A stretch of DNA of 51,838 bases from Verrucomicrobiota bacterium (lineage in GTDB: Bacteria; Verrucomicrobiota; Verrucomicrobiia; Limisphaerales; SIBE01), in contig JACPRI010000068.1 of assembly GCA_016190065.1 (NCBI GenBank), positions 1 through 51,838 on the forward strand, read 5' to 3'. Each line of letters opens with the position of its first letter. Position 1 is the first letter of the stretch. A program made the translations under genes and the position numbers. This document shows, in pieces, positions 8,662 to 17,883 of the stretch. Below the pieces are notes generated by a model that worked only from the letters and a program-made list of their open reading frames with translations, was not told the DNA's origin and searched no databases.

Positions 8662-11600
8662 CTAAGGGAAATTCGTTGAGCTGCGAGGTCGTGCGATTTT
8701 CACGGTCGCGTTGGCAATCGTAGGATTGGTGCCACTCTGGTATTCTTGAAGGTTTGTGACACTATCACCGTCGTAATCACCGTTTGGGCCTTGACTGAGG
8801 TTCCCAAAATATTGGGTTTCCCAACTGTCCGGCAGACCGTCGCCATCGCTGTCAGGGGTAGTTGTGGTCGCGCTGACCTGGCTCGAGTTTGGGCCTTCGG
8901 TTCCTGAGGAATTCAGGGCCGAGACGACATAATAGTAAGTTATGCCGGTGCTCAGCCCCGTTTCTGTGTAACTGGTGGACGACGTTGAGTAAGTTGCGAC
9001 GACCGAACCACCGCTGCCGGAGAGGCGCTTCACGCGGTAGGTGGTTGCGCCGCTGACCCAAAACCAAGAAATGCTCACCTGGTTGGGACCTCCCGCTGCG
9101 CCAACTCCTGTAGGCGCAGCCGGCGCTGTCGTGGCGCTGGCACCCGAGGAATCACCGCTTTGGCCGGAACCGTTGGCGGCCGACACCACATAGGAATAGG
9201 TGGTATTTGGGGCCAGGCTGGTGTCGATGTAGGTCGTGTCGGTGGGCGAGGCGATGGTGACGTAGGAACTGCCGTTCCACCGTTTGACGTTGTAATAGGT
9301 GGCGCCAGCCGAACTCGGCCACCACACATAAATTTGCTGAATCCCCGGCGAAGCCGACAGCCACGCTGGAGCGCTCGGTGGAGACGATGGCGTCGTTGCA
9401 CTGACCACGGCAGAGTTGTAGCCTTCAGCGCCGGAGATGCTGGTCGCGGACACCACGTAGTAATAAGTCGTGCCCGGCGCGACCGAGTAGTCGGTGTAAT
9501 AAGTGTTCGCCGTGCTTTGGATGGGTGAGGCGAACGGCCCGGTGCTGCTCGTGCTCCGTTTGATCGAGTAGTAATAGGCACCGAAAGAGGAATTCCAACT
9601 CAGGCTCACGTACCCACTGCCTGCTGAGGCCGCCAGGCCAGTCGGTGGATTGGGCGCGGTGGTGGCGCTGACCGTGCTGGAGTAGCCGCTCTGACCTCCA
9701 CTGTTGTAAGCAACGACAAAGTAGTAGTACGTCGTGCCGGGAGAAAGGCCGGAATCAGAGTAGCTGGTTCCAGAGGTCGATCCGATAGACGAGTAGCCGC
9801 TGCCCGTGGATCGATACACATGGTAACCGGTCGCCCCGGAGGTGCTGGCCCAACTTATGTTGACGTACCCGTTGCCGGCAGTTGCCGCCACGCCAGTTGG
9901 GGTGCTGGGAGGATAGACCGAGGCACTGAATTCCAAGTAGAGCGTATAGCTCCCCGTGCCGCTGCTGGAATAATGGCGCAGTTGAAGGTAATACGTCCCC
10001 GGACTGACCGAGTAACTAAACCGGAAATTCGGATAAGGATTGTCGTCGTTTGAAATCAGCGTGCTCCCGCCGGAGTTCAGCAGATAGCCGTAGGTGTCCG
10101 TGGAGCCGGTTGTGTATGCGGTCAGGGTTCCCGACGATCCGACGCTCAACGCGAAATAATCGACGTCCCCGGCGTAATTGATCGCTCCGCTCGCACTGCT
10201 ATTCGGACTGAGCCACGAAGCGCTGCCCATGCTGTTACCATAGTCGTCGTAACCTCCACCGCCTCCTCCCCCGCCACCGCTGCCGCTAAACGATGTGTTT
10301 ACAGAGTAGCTCCCGGTCCCATAATACGAATAATGGCGCACGCGGATGTAGTACGTCCCTGGGCTGACCGAATAGCTGAAACTGAAATTTGGGTATGGAT
10401 TATCGTCGTTGGAGGTCAGAGTGCTTCCGCCTGAATCGAGCAAGTAACCGTACGTGTCGGTACTGCCCGTGGAATAGACGCTGAGTGTCCCGTAAGAGCC
10501 GATGTCCACCCGGAAATAGTCCTCATCTCCGTAGTAATTGATGCTCCCGCTTCGGCTGTCGCTGCTTCCCATGGAGGTCGCGGAGCTTGTGCTGTTGCCG
10601 TGATCGTCGTAGGTCTTGAGGCTGACTTCGCGCTCGGCCGGACGGGGACTGGTGCCGATGAGGTTTTTCGTCACGATTTCCGCGCCGCCTCCCAGATTGC
10701 GATGCGGATTCGTAACCTGAGTCATCTGAGAGTTCTGTAAAGTGAGCGATGCGCCGAAGACTTCCGCGCCAGTTTCGCACTTGAAGAAGCGACAACTGTC
10801 CACCGTATGCTGTGCCTGCGGCGAATAATTCTCGATGCCGACGGTCGCGTAGCGGATGTCCAGGTTTTTGACGACGCTGCCGGCCGGCAAATTGTGGAAG
10901 CCCAGGGCAGGCGCTCCGTAAAGTCCGGTCAGTCCCATCTCGCCTTTCGCCGGCACGGTGACCCCGATCCCATGATCGTTCTCGGCTGTCAAAATCGCTA
11001 CGCGCTTTGGAGACTGGAACGCCCCGAGGACACGCAAGGAAGCTCCTGGGCTGAGCTTCAAGACCGCATCATCCTCAATCGTGGTGGTCCCGCTGAGATA
11101 TACTTCTCCATTCACGTAATAAGTGGTTCCGGCCTGGAACGTAAAATTCGGGATAGTGCTGACGATGCAGTAATCCAGCACCAAACCCTTTGGTGAATAC
11201 GGCACGCCCGCCACCTGGATCCTCTCTTCGGCGTTTGCGCTGGAACCGGAAGGAAACTTCGGCAGAACGCGCTGCAAACTCGCGTTGCGCCGGACAGCGG
11301 TTTCCGGTTTGATCTTGTTATCCGGCGCGCCCACGCCCATCTGGGCTTTCAGCTCAACGTATTCAACGGTCTCAATAAGAAACTGGCGTCCATCCAATTT
11401 CGCCCAACGTTTGGCGACCGGCGCCGTTTTCTTGCCCACGGGAGGGCCGGCTCGGGCGCCTTTGCCGTTGCTCGCATCTGGAGCCGGTTTTCCCTCTTCA
11501 AGGCCAGGAGTGTAAAAGGCTTTCCCCAGTCCGATGACCATGCTTCCGAAGTCGAGGGTTTGATCCACCAAATCGGGGTCCGCCAACGCGGCCCGGCGTT

Positions 11601-12438
11601 TGGGATCCTTCTCCTCTTTGAGTTTTCTGGATTCGGTTTTGGGAATGGGCGGCAGGATGAATTCGGTCAGGATTTCCAACCGCGTCGTCTCCGGGTTCAA
11701 GCCGTATTCCTCTGGCGCGGGCGGCAGTTCGCGCAGAATGACATCCTGCTCCAGGCCCGCTTTCGTATAGGTGTAACGAACGTCTGCCTTGAAATCCGTG
11801 AACGCGTCCTCATAAACGAGCTGATTGGGCGGGACCAACTTGGCCACACTGTCTTTCATCTCCGCGATCAACGCGCTCCGGCCGCTGCCCGAATCAAAAT
11901 AACTGAGGCCGAGCACGTGGCTTCGCATTTCCTTTCCATCCGGAGTTACGAGGTACACCACGGAAAAGCGATTGATGTTTGGGAGGAAAGTGACTTTGTG
12001 CGGCGCGCGATAGGCCACGGCGTGATGCTCGCGCAGTTCAATCTCTTCCTTGGATTTCCACCAGCCGCCATGCTCGGAATACATCAGACCGGTCTGAACT
12101 TCGATGTATTGCGCGTCCTCGACCTTCGCCTGGCCATTGCGATCGGTAATCTGCTTGCGCATTGTGTGTATCCGGTGGTGCGGCCCAAACCCCGGCTTTT
12201 GATCGTAGGCGCCCGGCGACGCGGGATCGGCGGTTGCACTGGAGCCTGATTTGGGGTTGGGCGCACTGGCCAGTTGCGCCCAACCCCCCCAGCCGACTGC
12301 AGCGACTGACAAAACCACGATTGCCGCTACCTTTTGGCGATTCCTCGGCCTGAAGCCGATGGCAACTCCTCGCAAGAAGTCCAAAAACCAGCGAGATCTG
12401 AATCGGCGATTCCGAGTGCAATGAGGGAGCATTTTCAT
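8662..12438 (-). CDS. Large membrane-anchored/secreted surface protein: two pre-peptidase C-terminal (PPC)-like domains, four FN3 domains and a Ca-binding DxDGD tail
   Basis: 1258 aa with an N-terminal TM helix (VAAIVVLSVAAVGWGGW). A duplicated ~110-aa YDDxGNS...INYxGDxDYF...GTYY module sits at 9919-10251 and 10279-10611, joined by a Gly9 linker. Four AP..PTG...W....GATxY FN3 units lie at 8860-9906. The C-terminus reads DSDGDGLPDSWE...GDYDGDSVTNLQEY. It ends 51 bp upstream of the Rhs gene on the same strand. Confidence 0.85.
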   Translation of the reverse strand: MKMLPHCTRNRRFRSRWFLDFLRGVAIGFRPRNRQKVAAIVVLSVAAVGWGGWAQLASAPNPKSGSSATADPASPGAYDQKPGFGPHHRIHTMRKQITDRNGQAKVEDAQYIEVQTGLMYSEHGGWWKSKEEIELREHHAVAYRAPHKVTFLPNINRFSVVYLVTPDGKEMRSHVLGLSYFDSGSGRSALIAEMKDSVAKLVPPNQLVYEDAFTDFKADVRYTYTKAGLEQDVILRELPPAPEEYGLNPETTRLEILTEFILPPIPKTESRKLKEEKDPKRRAALADPDLVDQTLDFGSMVIGLGKAFYTPGLEEGKPAPDASNGKGARAGPPVGKKTAPVAKRWAKLDGRQFLIETVEYVELKAQMGVGAPDNKIKPETAVRRNASLQRVLPKFPSGSSANAEERIQVAGVPYSPKGLVLDYCIVSTIPNFTFQAGTTYYVNGEVYLSGTTTIEDDAVLKLSPGASLRVLGAFQSPKRVAILTAENDHGIGVTVPAKGEMGLTGLYGAPALGFHNLPAGSVVKNLDIRYATVGIENYSPQAQHTVDSCRFFKCETGAEVFGASLTLQNSQMTQVTNPHRNLGGGAEIVTKNLIGTSPRPAEREVSLKTYDDHGNSTSSATSMGSSDSRSGSINYYGDEDYFRVDIGSYGTLSVYSTGSTDTYGYLLDSGGSTLTSNDDNPYPNFSFSYSVSPGTYYIRVRHYSYYGTGSYSVNTSFSGSGGGGGGGGGYDDYGNSMGSASWLSPNSSASGAINYAGDVDYFALSVGSSGTLTAYTTGSTDTYGYLLNSGGSTLISNDDNPYPNFRFSYSVSPGTYYLQLRHYSSSGTGSYTLYLEFSASVYPPSTPTGVAATAGNGYVNISWASTSGATGYHVYRSTGSGYSSIGSTSGTSYSDSGLSPGTTYYYFVVAYNSGGQSGYSSTVSATTAPNPPTGLAASAGSGYVSLSWNSSFGAYYYSIKRSTSSTGPFASPIQSTANTYYTDYSVAPGTTYYYVVSATSISGAEGYNSAVVSATTPSSPPSAPAWLSASPGIQQIYVWWPSSAGATYYNVKRWNGSSYVTIASPTDTTYIDTSLAPNTTYSYVVSAANGSGQSGDSSGASATTAPAAPTGVGAAGGPNQVSISWFWVSGATTYRVKRLSGSGGSVVATYSTSSTSYTETGLSTGITYYYVVSALNSSGTEGPNSSQVSATTTTPDSDGDGLPDSWETQYFGNLSQGPNGDYDGDSVTNLQEYQSGTNPTIANATVKIARPRSSTNFP

Positions 12439-12709
12439 AGCGAGGATTTTCTGGTTCGGGGTTTTGGGTCTTTCCTAAGGCATCATGTTTTCACTCCTCG
12501 AACTTGCTTCCCGTCTCGGCACGCCGGGCATCGGACGTTGCGTGTGGGAGCAAGCCTCCGGGTCTGGGGGAACCGAATAATCCAGAAGTGGACTGAAAGG
12601 CAAACGGGGAGACTACGATTCAACCCGGTACTTTTACGATGGTATTACTACGCTCACAAAAGTCGTGGACGCCGCACGATGATGAATCAGCTTCGAAACA
12701 CGGTTCGAG

Positions 12710-13399
12710 CTACGGCGAGTCCAAGCGAGTGATCGCGTGGCGAATCGCGTACTTGGTCAATCCCGAAACCGTCCTGATCCGCAGCTTCGCCATGAGCGTC
12801 TCGCGATACTTTTCGATGGTGCGGACGCTCAGGCCAAGCGCGCCGGCGATTTCTTTGTTGCAGAGCCCGTCAGCAATGAACGCGATGATTTTGCGGTCGC
12901 GATCCGGCAAGGCGCCGCTCGCCGGGCGGCCCGGCTGGCTTTCGCCGGAGGCGTAGTCCACGGCGACCATTTTGAGTACGGAAGGGCTGAAGAACAGCTC
13001 TCCACGTTGAACCGTGGCCAGCGCGCGGCCGATCTCGGCGGAGGTGCAGGCCTTGTTGAGATAACCCCGAGCGCCCGCACGCAGCATCGCCAGGATCATC
13101 CCCCGATCATCAGCGCCATTGAAGCCGATGACCTTTGATGCCGGCGCCACTTCGAGCAGTGCCTTCGTCACATTGGCCGCGTCGCAGGTCCGCATGCTCA
13201 AATTGACCAGCGTCACATCCGACTTCAACGCCTTGGGTTTCCGAATCGATTCCATTCGATCCAGCCACAAGGTGCGCACTTGGAAACTTGTGCGGGACGC
13301 AAAATAAAGACGCAGCGCAGCCAGGTTGATTTCTTGGTCATCCACGAGCAAGAGCTTGCGTTTGTGCGCGCCATTTCTAAATCGAGTCCTGGTGGACAT
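12710..13399 (-). CDS. NarL/FixJ (LuxR-type HTH) response regulator with an atypical receiver domain
   Basis: REC block KLLLVDDQE...DVTLVNLSM...GYLNK plus a LuxR HTH (DRKIIAFIADGLCNKEIAGALGLSVRTIEKYRETLMAKL). The phospho-acceptor position reads Asn, not Asp. Confidence 0.85.
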   Translation of the reverse strand: MSTRTRFRNGAHKRKLLLVDDQEINLAALRLYFASRTSFQVRTLWLDRMESIRKPKALKSDVTLVNLSMRTCDAANVTKALLEVAPASKVIGFNGADDRGMILAMLRAGARGYLNKACTSAEIGRALATVQRGELFFSPSVLKMVAVDYASGESQPGRPASGALPDRDRKIIAFIADGLCNKEIAGALGLSVRTIEKYRETLMAKLRIRTVSGLTKYAIRHAITRLDSP

Positions 13400-13571
13400 G
13401 CCAAACTTCCTTGTGTTGCGAGCGTCTTCCTTTCGGAAACCCTCCAGCAGGTCACCCTGGGAAAAACCTCGCGGTCAGACTTGTGAAATCAGTCGGAGAA
13501 TGCAAGCGGAATTTCCGCCCAAACGGCCCAAACGCCCAAACAGGGGCCTAGCCGGGCCCCTGCTCTCAGGT

Positions 13572-13961
13572 TCAAAGGTTCTTCCCTGGCCGAGAAGCCG
13601 CTGGGAACATGAGCCAAATCCAGCCGATCAAAAAGCTCGTTCCGCCAAACGGCGTTATGGCTCCAAGCCAGCGCGTGTTTGTCGCGGCCAACACGTACAG
13701 ACTCCCGCTGAACAGAATGATCCCGATCAGAAAACAAATCCATGGCCCCTTTCGCAACGGCGCGCGAGAGGCCAGAAAAAACATCACGAGCGCGTGAATG
13801 AAGTGGTAAAGCACCGCCTTCTCCCAGATGGCCGCGGTCTGGAATTGAGCCAAAGTCCGGGACAAACCGTGCGCTCCGAAAGCGCCGAGCGCGACGCCGA
13901 GGCAGCCTAAAAAGGCGGCCAGTCTTTCAGCGGAAGCAGCGTTTAACGCAGTTCGAATCAT
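13572..13961 (-). CDS. DUF423 (YgdD/TMEM256-like) small membrane protein
   Basis: Four predicted TM helices and the GAFGAHGL...YHxxHAL...GxxLFSGSLY...PxGGxxFxxGW pattern. The start is set at the internal Met (MIRTALNAASAERLAAFLG); the listed ORF extends to 14051. Confidence 0.8.
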   Translation of the reverse strand: MIRTALNAASAERLAAFLGCLGVALGAFGAHGLSRTLAQFQTAAIWEKAVLYHFIHALVMFFLASRAPLRKGPWICFLIGIILFSGSLYVLAATNTRWLGAITPFGGTSFLIGWIWLMFPAASRPGKNL

Positions 13962-14112
13962 CCCGCCGCTTTTAGCAACCGCCGCCGGATAACGACAGGT
14001 TTTTCTTGTGAGGCCGACGGCAAAATACGGTGGCTTGAAAAATCCACGCAAAGGAGCATGCTAACATTGCTTTCCTGGGCATTCGTGCGATAGACCAGGA
14101 GAACCGAATGAT

Positions 14113-14499
14113 ATGAACACGAATCTGAAACTCGCGGTCCTGGCCCTCTGCGGCGGCGCTGCTCATGGTGCGCAAACTGCCGAAGCCAATCATTTGGAAT
14201 TGATCATCTGTGACGTCGGCGCGCTGCAGGCCGCCGTATCGGATCAGACCCGACCTCCAGTCGCCCTCCCGCACCAGCAGCCTAACCGACTCGTGCGAGC
14301 CTCTCGAACGTTCATGGACTGGCGCGACAACCGGATCATCGCCGAAGAGCTGGCCGACCGTTATCAAGGCACCGTTCAGGAAGGCATGGATCCATTCTAT
14401 TACGTGGCCGCCTTTCCGTTGCCGATGGCGGAGCGTATCCTGCCGGAATATTTTCTCAAGCCGATGGACCGCACCGTGGCTGCCGCCGTCGCCGCCTGA
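14113..14499 (+). CDS. Hypothetical secreted protein
   Basis: 128-aa ORF with a plausible signal peptide (MNTNLKLAVLALCGGAAHGAQT). No recognised family. It overlaps a longer out-of-frame ORF that I consider an artefactual upstream extension of the TolC-like gene. Confidence 0.4.
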   Translation: MNTNLKLAVLALCGGAAHGAQTAEANHLELIICDVGALQAAVSDQTRPPVALPHQQPNRLVRASRTFMDWRDNRIIAEELADRYQGTVQEGMDPFYYVAAFPLPMAERILPEYFLKPMDRTVAAAVAA

Positions 14500-14553
14500 T
14501 TCGTCCTCGCAAACCGAATCGAGACCGCCTGCCCGACGCACCCGCCATGAACC

Positions 14554-14579
14554 GGTAAGGACGCGTTCCACCGCGTCCC
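14554..14579. repeat. Short hairpin repeat (family gggacgcgg-N-ggaacgcgtcYttacc), copy 1
   Basis: ggtaaggacgcgttccaccgcgtccc is the reverse complement, with two mismatches, of the element at 36052-36077. It has a 7-bp GC stem and is intergenic. Confidence 0.55.
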
Positions 14580-14812
14580 GGATATTGTTCTTCCGATCGC
14601 AGAGTAAAGTCCGGAACGGAGTGGTGTCCGGAGGACGGATGAGGGGGATTTCGGTCGGTTCATGGTCTCAATGCACCGTTTCATGGTTGTGGAGGCTCTT
14701 CTTGAGCCGAAGTCAACGATTGCGTTGGACAGCCGGTGCCGGCGGCTATAGAAGGACCGCCAACACGAGCGGACATGTCTGGAATGGGGTTCAAAAGAGC
14801 GCACAGCGACTC

Positions 14813-16219
14813 ATGAAAACTAGCGGTGTCATCTGTCAGGCGGCGTTGATTCTCGGTTTGGCCGGCGCCATGGTCGCGGCCGCCGCCGAGCCGCGGGCAA
14901 GCGCGGTCACGAACACGACCAATGTTTCGGCGTGGCTGTCGCGGCCTTTGTCGATGGAGGACGCGATCCATCTGGCGCTTCGGCAAAACGGCACGATTCT
15001 CAAGGGCAAAGCGGATCTGGAGGCCGCCTACGGAGTGGTGGTTCAAACGCGAGCCATTGCCATTCCCAAAGTTCGCGGCACGAGCGGCTACGCCTTCGAT
15101 GACGCCGTGGAGAGATTTCCGTTCGCCGCGCCAGGACTTCCCCCGGACGCAATCAATCCGGGGGCTAACCGATGGAACGGGAACATTCGCGTCGAGCAAA
15201 CGATCTATGAAGGCGGCCGCATTCGCTCGGCGCTCCGGACCGCCAAACTGACCAAAGAACAGGCCCTGCTCCAGTACCAGGCCGTCGTCGCGGACACTCT
15301 GCTCGAAGTGCGCGTGGCCTACTATGAGATCCTGCTGGCGGCGCAACTGATCGTGGTGCAGGAAGCGTCGCTGGCCTTGCTCCAAAAGGAATTGGAAGAC
15401 ACCACGCGCCGCTTTGACGCCGGGACTGTGCCGCGCTTCAACGTCCTCCGCGCGGAAGTGGAAATCGCTAACGCAAAGCCCAAACTCATCCGCGCGAAGA
15501 ACGCCCATCGCATCGCGAAGAACAATCTCGCGAATCTGCTTGGCTTTCGCGTGCCGGCCGAAGTCTGGGAAGACGTCCCCATCACGCTCACCGAGCAATT
15601 GGAGATCGGTCCCTACGAGGTTGATCTGCCGTCGGCCCTCGGGCAAGCGTTGGAAAGGCGGCCGGAGCTGGGAGCCTTGCAGAAGGCCGAACGTCTTCGC
15701 AAAGAGAGTCTCACCACCGCGAAGAGCGGCCGCAAACCCACCATCGCGCTCTTTGGCGGTTACGGCGCTCGCAATTCGAGTTTCGGCGATGATTTTTTCA
15801 ACGAAGTCTCAGGTTGGACCGCCGGCGTGCAACTGAACTGGGAGCTGTTCGATGGGTTCCTTACGAAAGGCAAAGTCCAGCAAGCCACGGCGCTCTATGA
15901 GCGGGCACGGGCCGATCTGGACGACACCACGAGGCGCATTGAGCTGGAAGTGCGGACAGCTTACTCGAATTTTCTGGAAGCGAAAGAGGTTCTGGAATCG
16001 CAAAAGAAAGTTCAGGAACAGGCTGAAGAAGCGCTGCGGCTGGCCACGGTGCGAAGCGACGCTGGAACCGGCACCCAGCTCGACGTGCTGAACGCACAGA
16101 CGGCCTTGACGGAGGCTCGCGCGACCCGCATTCAAGCGCTGCACGACTACGCGGTGGCCCGCGCTCGGCTGGAGAGAGCGACAGGACAGAACACGCCGCA
16201 ACCTGCCGCGACCAGGTGA
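14813..16219 (+). CDS. TolC-family outer membrane efflux protein
   Basis: Signal peptide MKTSGVICQAALILGLAGAMVAAAAE, followed by two TolC-type repeats (LSMEDAIHLALRQN..., DLPSALGQALERRPEL..., coiled AKEVLESQKKV...). The start is set at the in-frame Met at 14813 inside ORF 14210..16219. Confidence 0.85.
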   Translation: MKTSGVICQAALILGLAGAMVAAAAEPRASAVTNTTNVSAWLSRPLSMEDAIHLALRQNGTILKGKADLEAAYGVVVQTRAIAIPKVRGTSGYAFDDAVERFPFAAPGLPPDAINPGANRWNGNIRVEQTIYEGGRIRSALRTAKLTKEQALLQYQAVVADTLLEVRVAYYEILLAAQLIVVQEASLALLQKELEDTTRRFDAGTVPRFNVLRAEVEIANAKPKLIRAKNAHRIAKNNLANLLGFRVPAEVWEDVPITLTEQLEIGPYEVDLPSALGQALERRPELGALQKAERLRKESLTTAKSGRKPTIALFGGYGARNSSFGDDFFNEVSGWTAGVQLNWELFDGFLTKGKVQQATALYERARADLDDTTRRIELEVRTAYSNFLEAKEVLESQKKVQEQAEEALRLATVRSDAGTGTQLDVLNAQTALTEARATRIQALHDYAVARARLERATGQNTPQPAATR

Positions 16220-16222
16220 ACC

Positions 16223-16258
16223 GCGGGCAAATCGTGCCAATTCGAAATTCCTGCCCGC
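16223..16258. terminator. Possible bidirectional hairpin between convergent genes
   Basis: gcgggca ... tgcccgc (7-bp stem, 22-nt loop) lies exactly between the TolC-like stop (16219) and the permease stop (16259). There is no clear U-tract. Confidence 0.25.
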
Positions 16259-17782
16259 TTAAGCTCTGTCGCCGGCGCAGACACGGCTTCGCTTCCAGAA
16301 AAAATAAGCCGGCACACCCGCCAGCACGATCAACAAACCCGGCCAGGCATTGGCGCTCGTCTTCGGACTGATCAGCAAGTCCACTGCGATCAGCGATGCG
16401 GCCACGATGTAAAAGGCCGGAATCACCGGATACCCAAAAGCTCGGTAAGGTCGCTCGGCGTCGGGACGCTTTCGGCGCAGCACGAACAGGCCGGCCATGG
16501 TCAGCACGTAGAAAATCAGCACCGCGAAAACCACGTAATCGAGCAATTCGCTATACGTGCCGGACAAAGTCAGCAGGCAGGCCCAAACGCATTGGATGAT
16601 GAGGGCATTGCCGGGAACGCCATGACGATTGAGCTGGCCGATCTTGGCGAAGAAAAGCCCGTCCTGCGCCATCGCGTAATAAACCCGCGCGCCCACCAGG
16701 ACCAGCCCGTTGATGCACCCGAAGGTGGAAATCATCACCAGCAGCGCCATGATCACGGCTGCGTTCTGCCCAAAGATCACCTCCATCGTCGCCGTGCCGA
16801 CGCGATCATTCTGCGCGAATTGAATGCCGCGTTCCAAAGCCGTGGCTCCGGCGGGCGAACCCTTGAGCGGCAGGGTCACGAGGTAGGCCACGTTGGCCAG
16901 AAAATAGAGCAGGCAGACCAGGCTGACGCCAAAGAAAAGGCTCAGCGGCAAGTTGCGTTTGGGATTCTTCACTTCGGCGGCGGTGAACGTGACACAGTGC
17001 CAGGAGTCGGCCGAAAACAGTGAGCCGACCATCGCGGTGCCAATCACCAGCAGCAGACCCAAGCCTTGGAGCGGGTTCGTCGTGAACTCATTTCCCCCGC
17101 GCGCGGCCGGCTGCGTGAACGACGCCGACCACCAATCCTGAAAATTCGCGCTCAGGGCCATCGAATTGGCCCCGACAAACAAACCCAGCAGCACCAATCC
17201 CAGGAGCGCCGCGATTTTTGTGATCGTGAAGATGTTCTGAACGATCTTGCCCGTGCGAAGGCCGGTTGAATTGGACCACGTGAGCAAAATCAAAACGGCC
17301 ATCGCCACCAGCTTCGTGGGCGTCAATGCGAATCGGCCGAACTCAAAATAGACGTGGCTCTCCGAGATTGAAGGAACCAGCACACCGAGAAAGCGGGCGA
17401 ACGCCACCGCCACGGCCGCGATCGTGCCGGTTTGAATGACCAGATAGAACGTCCAGCCGTACAGAAATCCCCAGAGCGGGCTATACGCTTCGCGCAAATA
17501 GACGTACTGTCCGCCCGCGCGCGGCATCATGGCCGCGAGTTCGCCGTAACTGAGTGCCGCGATGAGCGTGAGGATCCCCGTGATCAGCCAAACCACCAGC
17601 AACCAGCCGCTCGATCCGACCTGGCGCGCGATGTCGGCCGAGACAATGAAAATGCCGGAACCGATCATCGACCCGGCCACGATCATGGTGGAATCGAGCA
17701 GGCCGAGGCCGCGAACGAACTGGCCTTCACTGGCCGAGGTGTTTGGAGCGGGTTCTGGCATGGGAACGTTCAAAACAACCAA
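16259..17782 (-). CDS. APC-superfamily amino acid permease (LAT/SteT-like)
   Basis: 507 aa, about 12 TM helices, N-terminal signature GLLDSTMIVAGSMIGSGIF...SYGELAAMMPRAGGQYVYLREAY. Confidence 0.88.
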   Translation of the reverse strand: MVVLNVPMPEPAPNTSASEGQFVRGLGLLDSTMIVAGSMIGSGIFIVSADIARQVGSSGWLLVVWLITGILTLIAALSYGELAAMMPRAGGQYVYLREAYSPLWGFLYGWTFYLVIQTGTIAAVAVAFARFLGVLVPSISESHVYFEFGRFALTPTKLVAMAVLILLTWSNSTGLRTGKIVQNIFTITKIAALLGLVLLGLFVGANSMALSANFQDWWSASFTQPAARGGNEFTTNPLQGLGLLLVIGTAMVGSLFSADSWHCVTFTAAEVKNPKRNLPLSLFFGVSLVCLLYFLANVAYLVTLPLKGSPAGATALERGIQFAQNDRVGTATMEVIFGQNAAVIMALLVMISTFGCINGLVLVGARVYYAMAQDGLFFAKIGQLNRHGVPGNALIIQCVWACLLTLSGTYSELLDYVVFAVLIFYVLTMAGLFVLRRKRPDAERPYRAFGYPVIPAFYIVAASLIAVDLLISPKTSANAWPGLLIVLAGVPAYFFWKRSRVCAGDRA

Positions 17783-17883
17783 AGCTCAAAGACGAATGAC
17801 GAAGTGAGAAGGGAACACCAAAACGGGCAGGCGGTAACGCATCAATCTTGGCCAGTCGTTCTTCCACATTCGGGTTTCCTCCG

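Noticed and set aside
10252-10278. The Gly9-coding tract as a phase-variable homopolymer.
   Set aside because: It is encoded by mixed GGN codons (ggt ggc ggg gga gga ggc ggt gga ggt) and has no long mononucleotide run.
14210-14812. A 200-codon N-terminal extension of the TolC-like ORF.
   Set aside because: The extension is Pro/Arg/Ser-rich nonsense, overlaps a better small ORF in another frame, and precedes a canonical signal peptide that starts at the Met at 14813.
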